DNA of 64,000 nucleotides from Candidatus Yanofskybacteria bacterium CG10_big_fil_rev_8_21_14_0_10_36_16 (GCA_002794035.1 PCXQ01000003.1:19451-83450); one strand, 5' to 3'. Shown: positions 48,876-58,224, counted from the first letter of the stretch. Made by a program: numbers and translations. The notes: generated from the letters alone by a model not told the origin.

Positions 48876-49079
48876 AAGTTGGAAATAAAATTACTCTTAG
48901 TGGAGGGATAATGCTTTTTGAGACCGCTACGATTGCTGTCAGCTTGGTTCGCCGCTTTAAGCGGTGATGGCAGTATGAGCAACGGATGAGCCGAGTTCGC
49001 TGGAGACGAGGCGAAGTTCTCAAAAAGCATTATCCCCGAAACTAACTTAAAATCTACAACAAATATTTATTTCCAACTT
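48876..49079. repeat. Nested inverted repeats (MITE-like or long hairpin)
   Basis: 19-bp perfect IR 48905-48923 / 49018-49036 inside a 14-bp perfect IR 48876-48889 / 49066-49079. Confidence 0.8.
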
Positions 49080-50124
49080 TCTTTACCTTCTTTTTTATTT
49101 CCATCAAAACTAATTGCGTGCTTACCTCCTGTGAGCTTAAATCGCTAACTCTTATTATGTTGTCAATTGATACAGGTTCATCTGAATTTGCCAGTACTTC
49201 TAATATTTTTTTCTCCACTTCATTTTCCGCATTTATTTCTGTTTGGGTTTTGGATTTTGAATTTTGGATTTTGTCTGGATATTCTTCTAGTACATCGCTT
49301 GCCTCCAGTATCGGTTTTGCCCCTCTTTTAATTAGCAGATTTGTTCCTCGGGATGTTCTATTTAAAATATTACCCGGCACTGCAAAAACATCTCGATTTT
49401 GATCTACGGCATATTTGGCAGTAATTAATGCTCCGCTTTTAATATCTGCTTCAATAACCAGTGTTCCTTTTGATAGTCCAGATATGATCCTGTTTCTTTG
49501 CGGGAATGAAAATGGTGTGCCATGAGTTCCGGGAGCGTATTCTGAAATTATAGCACCACCTTCCTTGATTATCCTGTGGGCAAGTGAAATATTTTGAGCT
49601 GGATAAATTATTTCGTCATCAATGCCAGTTCCTAAAACAGCGATTGTTGGTGTTTTAAATTCGAGTGCTGTCTTGTGTGCAATGGTATCAATGCCTAAAG
49701 CTAGTCCACTTACTATTGTGACATTGGCTTGGCATATTTCAGGCAGTATTTTTAATATTGCCATTTCGCCATATTCCGTTAATCGTCTTGTACCAACAAC
49801 GCCTAATGAAAAATTATTAAGAATCTCCTTATTGCCCCTTACATATAATAAGAAAGGAGGAACGGGTATTTCTTTAAGAAGTTCAGGATAGTCTTTATCG
49901 TAAGCGGGGATTATCTGTATTTTTTGATTTTCTATTTTTAACCACTCCATATCGGGGTTTATTTTTTTGATGTTCTTGGGTAAAAATTTTGAAAGATTTG
50001 ATTCCCATGCTTTTTTCCAGTTGCTATTAAATTTTTCATTTAGAATTTCAAGTACGCCAGTTTTGCCGGCGATTAATTTATTGATTGCGTTCAGATATTT
50101 TAGTTGTGATTTGTCTTGTGCCAT
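49054..50124 (-). CDS. dprA: DNA-processing protein DprA
   Basis: YPELLKEI..PP, VVGTR, VSGLALGID, FPQRNRIISG, SGALITA, VFAVPG. Start ATG 50124. Confidence 0.95.
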   Translation of the reverse strand: MAQDKSQLKYLNAINKLIAGKTGVLEILNEKFNSNWKKAWESNLSKFLPKNIKKINPDMEWLKIENQKIQIIPAYDKDYPELLKEIPVPPFLLYVRGNKEILNNFSLGVVGTRRLTEYGEMAILKILPEICQANVTIVSGLALGIDTIAHKTALEFKTPTIAVLGTGIDDEIIYPAQNISLAHRIIKEGGAIISEYAPGTHGTPFSFPQRNRIISGLSKGTLVIEADIKSGALITAKYAVDQNRDVFAVPGNILNRTSRGTNLLIKRGAKPILEASDVLEEYPDKIQNSKSKTQTEINAENEVEKKILEVLANSDEPVSIDNIIRVSDLSSQEVSTQLVLMEIKKKVKKVGNKYLL

Positions 50125-50246
50125 ATGCGGCATGATAAACATTAAAAGAAGTTTTTGCAACAAGGCTTAGTATATTGACATTTTAATATTTAATGTGTTA
50201 TTCTCTAAAATGGTGGCGTGATTAGTTGCAACAGGAGGCAAAAGCC

Positions 50247-50912
50247 ATGCATGAAATGATTTCTTTTCTCGTAGATAGAGAAGCAAATATATATGCACAA
50301 AATGGTGTTTGTAAATCTTGGGAAATAGCTAAAATATTCGGTATAAATCAAAGAGAATGTTTAGTTGGCCAATTCGATTTGGTTAATCGAGTATTGTATT
50401 TTACAGATAGCAGCTTTAGGGTAATGAGTAATCACGCAAGTGCGGCTAAGGAGTTCTTTACAAAATGTGCAGGAACCCCTGAATCATTGATTGCATTTGT
50501 TGAAAGAGGCAATTGGGATGGCAATGTTTTGCCTTTGCTTTTAAATATTGAAGCTCGTAGATTGTTTTTTTTAGAAATGGAGCCTACTCGTAAACTGCAA
50601 TTGGAAGCTATTGAGTTGGCTCGCAATGTGCACGAGGAAGCTATTGTAAATGCAGATATGGGCCATCAAGAAGCTGTGGATTTGGCCAGAAAAAAATATA
50701 CTAGAGACCAGCATTATTTAGAGGCAGATACTGTATATGATAGATCTGTAATATCTGCCAAGAAATCACGTCGAGAATCTGAGTTGTTGGAACATAATTC
50801 TTATGATGAGGCTGTTGAGTCTGCTCGTAAGGCATACAATGAAACTGCAATTAAAATCTGGACGCAGTTTTTTAGGGATGTGGATAATAGAATTAAAATT
50901 TGGTGTAGTTAA
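50247..50912 (+). CDS. Orphan protein with helical Ala/Tyr-rich C-terminal repeats (SD-led cassette)
   Basis: TTGACA..TGtTATTCT promoter, AGGAGG 50233-50238, terminator 50931-50958. Confidence 0.7.
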   Translation: MHEMISFLVDREANIYAQNGVCKSWEIAKIFGINQRECLVGQFDLVNRVLYFTDSSFRVMSNHASAAKEFFTKCAGTPESLIAFVERGNWDGNVLPLLLNIEARRLFFLEMEPTRKLQLEAIELARNVHEEAIVNADMGHQEAVDLARKKYTRDQHYLEADTVYDRSVISAKKSRRESELLEHNSYDEAVESARKAYNETAIKIWTQFFRDVDNRIKIWCS

Positions 50913-51007
50913 TTAAAGCATCACCAAGATAAGTCCCGCTAAATCGGGACTTTTATTTTTTATTTGACAATTTATTTAGATGTATGCTATATAACATCTT
51001 ACATGAA

Positions 51008-51116
51008 ATTAGTGATGCTGGCTTTTACCAATCCGTTGTAGCTGAAAGCTCGGTTTTAGCCCTCCTAGAAACTGAGCGAGTATGATGCAACGGGCTGGTA
51101 GAAGCTATTGGCTAAA
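51008..51116 (+). ncRNA. Candidate rod-shaped structured RNA upstream of rpsP
   Basis: Three stacked stems with several G-U pairs, preceded by a TTGACA (50964) promoter. Confidence 0.55.
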
Positions 51117-51149
51117 TTTTAATTTTATGTTAGTATTCAATAACAAATT

Positions 51150-51656
51150 ATGTTAAAAATTAGATTACAAAGAGTTGGCAAAAAGGGTCAGGCAATGTAC
51201 CGCTTAGTAGTTGCTGAACACACTAAAAACCCAAAGGGTGCATACCTGGAGCTTTTGGGTTCTTATAATCCTCATTCAAAGGATCTGCAAGCTAACGGTG
51301 AGAGAATAAAACATTGGGTTAGCAATGGCGCTCAAATGTCAGATACAGTAAACAACCTTCTTATATCAAAAAAAGTGATTGAAGGAATCAAGGTCCAATT
51401 AAAATTAAAAACAAAAAAGAAACAAACTGAACAAAAACAGGAAAATACTCCTGTGAAAGTCGCAACAGCAGAAGCTAAGGAAGAGCCAGTATCAGCTGAA
51501 AATAAACAAGCAAAAGATGAAAGTAAGGAAGATGCAAAAGAAGAATCTAAAAAATCTGAAGATAGAAAAGAAGAGGTTAAGAATGACGAACCCAAAAAAG
51601 AAGAAACCAAGGATAATTCAAAAAATGACACAGAAGAGGATAAAGTTGAGAAATAG
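51150..51656 (+). CDS. rpsP: 30S ribosomal protein S16 with long charged C-terminal extension
   Basis: MLKIRLQRVGKK..YRLVVA..ELLGSYNP..W..GAQMSDTV. Confidence 0.95.
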   Translation: MLKIRLQRVGKKGQAMYRLVVAEHTKNPKGAYLELLGSYNPHSKDLQANGERIKHWVSNGAQMSDTVNNLLISKKVIEGIKVQLKLKTKKKQTEQKQENTPVKVATAEAKEEPVSAENKQAKDESKEDAKEESKKSEDRKEEVKNDEPKKEETKDNSKNDTEEDKVEK

Positions 51657-51661
51657 AATTG

Positions 51662-51750
51662 TTGACCCCGCCCTTGAGAATCTTTAAAGTTTAGCGACAA
51701 TATCTGATGTTTATATTTAGTATAAACAATTCTCAAGAGCGTGATTGACT
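51662..51750. repeat. TTGACCCCGC..GCG(G/T)G-TTGAC hairpin element, copy 1
   Basis: cgcccttgagaat / attctcaagagcg arms; right end is the -35 of TTGACT-17-TATAAT (51745-51773). Confidence 0.7.
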
Positions 51751-51886
51751 TTATAACCTATTTTTGTTATAATTAAAACATCCTCGGTTATGTCGAAACC
51801 GGTTTGATAATATATAAGTAAGTCAGGGATATAGCATTGATATTTTAACAATAAATTCTGTGTTATTTCTCTGGGTATAAAAACAA

Positions 51887-52216
51887 ATGGCTGCAAAACA
51901 ACCAGACCAAGAGTTTGTAGAATATATAGTAAAGAGTCTTGTTAACAACCCCGATGACGTAGTTGTAGACAGGACAGTAGACCAGATGGGCGTCCTTGTT
52001 ACTGTTAAGGTTAACCCTCAGGATATGGGACTGCTTATCGGAAGGTCAGGTTCAACCGCCAAGGCTATAAGAACCCTTGCAAGAATTATTGGTTTAAGAA
52101 ACAACGCAAGAGTTAATTTGAGAATTGTTGAGCCCGAGGGAAGTACTCACGCTGCCGCTAGGGGAGCTTCTGAACCAAAAGGAGTTGACGAAGTAGTTGG
52201 TGAGCTTGGTATTTAA
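51887..52216 (+). CDS. khpA: KH-domain RNA-binding protein
   Basis: IVKSLVNNPDDV, DMGLLIGRSGSTAKAIR; located between rpsP and trmD. Confidence 0.9.
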   Translation: MAAKQPDQEFVEYIVKSLVNNPDDVVVDRTVDQMGVLVTVKVNPQDMGLLIGRSGSTAKAIRTLARIIGLRNNARVNLRIVEPEGSTHAAARGASEPKGVDEVVGELGI

Positions 52217-52234
52217 TTATTAAAATTATTTCAA

Positions 52235-52269
52235 AAAATCAAAACCCCGCAAGGCGGGGTTTTGATTTT
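52235..52269 (+). terminator. khpA terminator
   Basis: aaaatcaaaaccccgc-aag-gcggggttttgatttt. Confidence 0.85.
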
Positions 52270-52308
52270 GTAAAATTTTTGCTATTATATTTAGGCTTTG
52301 CAAAGCAT

Positions 52309-52367
52309 GGGGCACGCGGTTCGGTGTCGTCAGACATCTGCTCATGGAGTAGCCGCGTGCTCCACCA
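52309..52367 (+). ncRNA. Candidate tRNA-Ala-like minihelix RNA ending in ACCA
   Basis: GGGGCACGCGG pairs with CCGCGTGCTCC and is followed by ACCA; G3-U70 equivalent; upstream TGcTATTAT extended -10. Confidence 0.65.
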
Positions 52368-52374
52368 ATATTTT

Positions 52375-52481
52375 ATGAAATTTGATATTGTAATCCCGAT
52401 ATTTGTTGTCGCTTGTGGCGACTTACAAAATCGAGGACCCTCGATCTCGTCAAGGCGAGCATCGGGGCAATTTTTTCAAAA
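52375..52481 (+). pseudogene. Interrupted duplicate of the trmD 5' end
   Basis: ATGAAATTTGATATTGTAA-[74-nt double hairpin 52394-52467]-CAATTTTTTCAAAA reads MKFDIVTIFSK when the insert is removed. Confidence 0.75.
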
Positions 52482-53168
52482 ATGAAATTTGAAATAATAA
52501 CTATATTTCCTAATTTATTTGAAAGTTTCGAAAAAGAAGCTTTGATTTCGCGTGCTCAACTTAAAAAAATTATATCAATCAAAGCTCATGATTTAAGAAA
52601 GTGGTCAAAAGACAAACATAGGACTGTTGATGAAAAACCCTATGGAGGCGGAGCTGGAATGGTATTAATGGCTGATCCTATCTCTAGAGCTGTAAAATCA
52701 ATAAAGTCTAAGTCAATAAAAGGAAGGGTTATACTTTTTTCTGCAAAAGGAAAAACTTTTAACCAGCAAACAGCTAGAAGATTATCTAAGTATGATCAAT
52801 TAATAATGATTTGCGGAAGATATGAAGGGGTAGATGAACGAGTTGCAAAATATATTGCAGACGAAGAGATTTCAATCGGAGACTATGTTCTTTTTGGCGG
52901 AGAAGTGCCCGCAATGGTTGTTATGGAAGCGGTAACGAGGTTATTGCCGGGAGCAGTAGGTAAACAAAAATCAATTGAAGATGAATCATTTAAAAAACTT
53001 AAGGGAGTAGAAAAAGACATGGCGACTAATTTTTTGGAGTACCCCCACTATACCCGTCCGGAAATAATAGAAATTAACGGCAAGAAAAGGCGAGTGCCAA
53101 AAGTGTTAATATCCGGAGATCATAAAAAGATTGAAGAATGGCGTCAAAAAAAATCAAAATCTAATTAA
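52482..53168 (+). CDS. trmD: tRNA (guanine-N1)-methyltransferase
   Basis: MKFEIITIFP, PYGGGAGMV, CGRYEGVDER, SIGDYVLFGGE, EYPHYTRP. Confidence 0.96.
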   Translation: MKFEIITIFPNLFESFEKEALISRAQLKKIISIKAHDLRKWSKDKHRTVDEKPYGGGAGMVLMADPISRAVKSIKSKSIKGRVILFSAKGKTFNQQTARRLSKYDQLIMICGRYEGVDERVAKYIADEEISIGDYVLFGGEVPAMVVMEAVTRLLPGAVGKQKSIEDESFKKLKGVEKDMATNFLEYPHYTRPEIIEINGKKRRVPKVLISGDHKKIEEWRQKKSKSN

Positions 53169-53170
53169 TA

Positions 53171-53198
53171 AAAAATACCGTATAAAGGCGGTATTTTT
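53171..53198. terminator. Bidirectional terminator
   Basis: aaaaataccg-tataaagg-cggtattttt. Confidence 0.7.
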
Positions 53199-54123
53199 AG
53201 TAAGGGAATAAATTGAATAAATTGTTGAAAAAATCTATGGACCCAATTTCTCCTACAATTGGCGATATGGCTGAAAGGGAGTTTTTAAGGATAAAAATGT
53301 ATGCACTAATAGTTGCAATACAAGTAAGAGAATATTTATAAAGAGAGATTCTTTTCATTGGTTCAGGGGATAGGATTAATTCATAGGTTTTTATTTCTTG
53401 TTCCCATCTAGATATTTTTTTTTGTCTAAGTTTTGTTTCTTCGTTTTTCCAATTTTGGTTTTCATTTGAGCTTTGTACTTCTTTAATAAAATCCTGTGTT
53501 TTTTCAACAAGCTTCCTTTTTGTGTTAATTTCATTTAATACGCGCTTATTTTTGGTTTTTTCTTCAGATAAAAATATAAAATCTATAAAAACAGCTATGG
53601 GCCAGCTTATTGTAAGAAATATGAATATTATGCCAATCCAGCTTATTGCTGAGTATGCTTCATAAAAGCGTGGGTTGATAGATAACAAAACAGATTTTAA
53701 GCACCTGCCTCCATCCATGGGGCCAATCGGTAGTAAGTTAAACAAATTTACAAAACATACATACATTACACCAGCAAGCCACATATAATTTCCACTTATA
53801 ATAAAAATTAAATAAAATACGATTGCTGGGATCATTCCGAATATTGGACCAGCAATTCCTATTCTGGCTTCTGCGCCACGACTTGGCCATGGTTCATGAG
53901 ATACGGCCATAGCTCCAAGCGGAGGTATCATTACCATGTCGCGTTTTTTTATTCCTTCGCGACCCATTTGCCAATAATGGCCATATTCATGGATTAGTAA
54001 GGAAAATATTAGAATAGCTGAAAGAAATAATTTTTCTAGCAAAAATGTAAATATAAATAAGCTTAATATTATGCTTAGGATTAATTTTTTAGATAACCAT
54101 ATGTTTGGCTGTGATTCTTCCAT
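53197..54123 (-). CDS. Site-2 protease (M50) family membrane metalloprotease (SD-led cassette)
   Basis: HEYGH, IAGP, NLLPIGPMDGG; AAGGAG SD at 54137-54132; TTGACA-17-TATTAT promoter at about 54197-54169. Confidence 0.88.
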   Translation of the reverse strand: MEESQPNIWLSKKLILSIILSLFIFTFLLEKLFLSAILIFSLLIHEYGHYWQMGREGIKKRDMVMIPPLGAMAVSHEPWPSRGAEARIGIAGPIFGMIPAIVFYLIFIISGNYMWLAGVMYVCFVNLFNLLPIGPMDGGRCLKSVLLSINPRFYEAYSAISWIGIIFIFLTISWPIAVFIDFIFLSEEKTKNKRVLNEINTKRKLVEKTQDFIKEVQSSNENQNWKNEETKLRQKKISRWEQEIKTYELILSPEPMKRISLYKYSLTCIATISAYIFILKNSLSAISPIVGEIGSIDFFNNLFNLFPY

Positions 54124-54246
54124 TGCTAGCTCTCCTTTTCAGTATGGATTTTTAAGTTGCTTGATGTTATAATATGTTAAATATTCGAATTTGTCAATTT
54201 TTTAATTTAATTTGTGTAATATTATTTTGTGTAGTAATATAATTAT

Positions 54247-54534
54247 ATGAACGATTATGATTTCGTAAAATTTGTTCAAGAATCCCAACTCTCCGATGAA
54301 GACAAAGATCTCTGGGAGCTTGTTTTTGCTACTTCAGATGAGGATGAAATCGAAGATTTTAAAATTTTTATTGAAGACATATCTTCAGATGATGATGAGG
54401 ACGAAGGCAGGTTTGAAAACTTAAAGGTTTTAACAGAAAACCTCAAGATGAAAATAAAAGCTATTGAAACACATGACAAGGATTTGGCAGACAGTATTAT
54501 TAAAAGCGAAAAAGATATTTTAGATAAAATTTAA
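54247..54534 (+). CDS. Small acidic hypothetical protein
   Basis: 95-aa D/E-rich ORF, 10 nt from the next gene. Confidence 0.65.
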   Translation: MNDYDFVKFVQESQLSDEDKDLWELVFATSDEDEIEDFKIFIEDISSDDDEDEGRFENLKVLTENLKMKIKAIETHDKDLADSIIKSEKDILDKI

Positions 54535-54544
54535 CTTAAATAAA

Positions 54545-55738
54545 ATGAGTTTTGAATTACCCACAATTGAAAAAGAACAGGAATTAAACGAAACTTCTGA
54601 GGGAGGTCAGGAAAAACCTTTAGATTTGAGTGAAGAAGAAAAAAGAGAAATAGAAGCAGATGTGGCTAGGATGCTTAAAGAATTAGAAGCTGAGAAAGAA
54701 CAAGCTTTTAAAAAAATAGATGATGAATTTGGAGATAACAGCGCATTTTTAGACAAGCTTGAATCAGCTAAGACTGAGGAAGATTTAGATAAGGTTGCAA
54801 AAGAAGAAGGAGTATCAGAGGAAAGTGAATTAGATAAAGAACAAGAATTGCCAAAAGGCATGGTTGAACAAGAATTTAAAATGGAAGATGAATCAGTAGA
54901 AAAAGAGCCAAGCGAAGATGGTAAACAAAGAAAGGGTAAGGCCGCTAGGGCATTAAGAAAACTTACTGCAACAGCCATTATGGCAGCAGGATTGATGAAT
55001 GTTGGTGCACCAAAGGCTGAAGCTGGTTGGAAAGATGTTTTCAAAACTACAGGAAGGGTTATTCAAGAATCAAACAGAATGGAAGAAAACAGTCAGCGAA
55101 CGGAAGGTTCTATATACAGTAGACGTGCCAGCGGAATACAAAGAGATACTATGGAAAGAGACAGGATAGCAAGAAGTGCTTATAATGCAGGTAGGTACGC
55201 GATAAGGGCAGAAAGGGAGAGGCTGAGTCACATGAAAGAAGCCGCCGATATGTTATACAGCAATGAGGTTAGAAAAATATTAATAACAAACGGAATAATG
55301 CCAGATTCAAGAATAATGACTAGACCAGTGTCTCCCAATAGATGGGAAGATGAAATAAACAAAATTTTAAATGAAGAATTAAAGAGAATTGATAATTTTA
55401 AAATTTCTGAAGATATAAAACAATCAGAAAAAAGTACTGTAATGGCTCGTTTTGGTAAAATAAAAGGTGAAATTGAATCCAGTGATTTTAGAAAAATTTA
55501 TTTTGAAGGAATGCTTGGAATTAATAATGAAGAAGCAAATTTGGTTGTGGACGAAGGAATGCTAGAAAATGAATATAATTTAACCAGAGGTGCAATACAG
55601 GGAGGTAGGATAGAGGCGTCTGAAGAAAGGCGAAGAGCAGAGGAAGCTCGAACTAGAGCTGATATATTAAAAGAAAGAAGACAAATTGTGGAAAGAACTG
55701 CAGACTCTTTCAGGAGGATTTTTGGTGGGAAGAAATAG
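54545..55738 (+). CDS. Hypothetical protein with acidic N-terminal region and internal signal-peptide-like segment
   Basis: 397-aa ORF containing RKGKAARALRKLTATAIMAAGLMNVGAPKAEA at about aa 129-160. Confidence 0.75.
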   Translation: MSFELPTIEKEQELNETSEGGQEKPLDLSEEEKREIEADVARMLKELEAEKEQAFKKIDDEFGDNSAFLDKLESAKTEEDLDKVAKEEGVSEESELDKEQELPKGMVEQEFKMEDESVEKEPSEDGKQRKGKAARALRKLTATAIMAAGLMNVGAPKAEAGWKDVFKTTGRVIQESNRMEENSQRTEGSIYSRRASGIQRDTMERDRIARSAYNAGRYAIRAERERLSHMKEAADMLYSNEVRKILITNGIMPDSRIMTRPVSPNRWEDEINKILNEELKRIDNFKISEDIKQSEKSTVMARFGKIKGEIESSDFRKIYFEGMLGINNEEANLVVDEGMLENEYNLTRGAIQGGRIEASEERRRAEEARTRADILKERRQIVERTADSFRRIFGGKK

Positions 55739-55741
55739 TGT

Positions 55742-55820
55742 TTGACCCCGCTCTTGAAATTATTATATTTTATAATAATGAAACAAAACGAATGAATAAA
55801 TTTCAAAGGCGGGGTTGACT
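55742..55820. repeat. TTGACCCCGC..GCGGGGTTGAC hairpin element, copy 2
   Basis: ccccgctcttgaaat / atttcaaaggcgggg arms; right end is the -35 of the rRNA promoter. Confidence 0.75.
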
Positions 55821-55843
55821 TGTTTTTGCTGTTTTGCTAATAT
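55815..55843 (+). promoter_or_regulatory. Putative 16S rRNA promoter
   Basis: TTGACT, 17-nt spacer, TGc-TAATAT; boxA-like GAACTTTCAAAA at about 56222. Confidence 0.6.
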
Positions 55844-55937
55844 TTTAAAGACATGTAGTGTAGAAATAATCAAAAAAGTATAGGTTTTGGAGTGCTCGGG
55901 GTTGATCCTTTTTCGGGTCAGTCCCGAGTATTTAAAG

Positions 55938-56202
55938 GGAGCGCAGAACCTAAACTCTCATCGCTTGAGAAGTCCAAAAATGAAATGATTTCGAGGCGCG
56001 ACGACGAAAGTGTAGAATTCTACTCTGAGGAGGAGCAACAAAGAAATCATTCATTTTTGGACTTCCCTATGGGCGGGCTGATTTTAACCTTATTCTTTGT
56101 TGTTCGTCATTCATGTATCATCAAGTACACATCATTCCTCACGCCTCGAATAAGATTAAAATCAGCTCCGCTCAAATGATTATAGTTTGGGTTCTGTGCT
56201 CC
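55938..56202 (+). repeat. Composite three-stem palindromic element in the rRNA leader
   Basis: Outer stem 55938-55956 / 56184-56202; inner stems 55969-55992 / 56043-56065 and 56071-56095 / 56148-56173. Confidence 0.75.
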
Positions 56203-56437
56203 TAAATTGGAGCCAATGATAGAACTTTCAAAATTGAATCCTCACAGCTCACATTTGAGTGTGAGGAAAACAGTGTAATGTATCCAAACGGTATAACCGT
56301 ATTTGTTATAAATACGTGATTTTTTACCGTTAATCAGAAAATAAAAATAGTAGTACAAACAATAAGCTTTTAGCTTTAGTTTGTGTTCTGTCTATTTATG
56401 GTTATTAGTTTTAAACTTTTTGTTTATAACTCATAAC

Positions 56438-58030
<1,593 letters not shown>

Positions 58031-58224
58031 TAAAATTGCTTTAGCAATTTCAGAATAGAGTGTCGTTGTAGGTTATACTCTGTTTGTTTGTCGATAGACG
58101 GCACGGAGTATGATCTATGGTTGGCTGATGCAACTTATTTCATCAGCGCAGTTCATGGCGAAATATTGGACAATCTGGTTAACGGTAAAAAGTTACGTAG
58201 CTCTTAATTTTTTTGATTCAAGAC

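Noticed and set aside
52309-52367. tmRNA or ordinary tRNA interpretation of the Ala-like RNA
   Set aside because: No T loop, tag ORF or pseudoknots, and both acceptor strands lie within 59 nt.
52279-52485. 68-aa ORF and the extended trmD start at 52413
   Set aside because: They run through the candidate RNA and the palindromic insert; TrmD similarity begins at ATG 52482.
55892-56179. 95-aa ORF in the rRNA leader
   Set aside because: It coincides with a palindromic element, has no SD and no protein-like motif.
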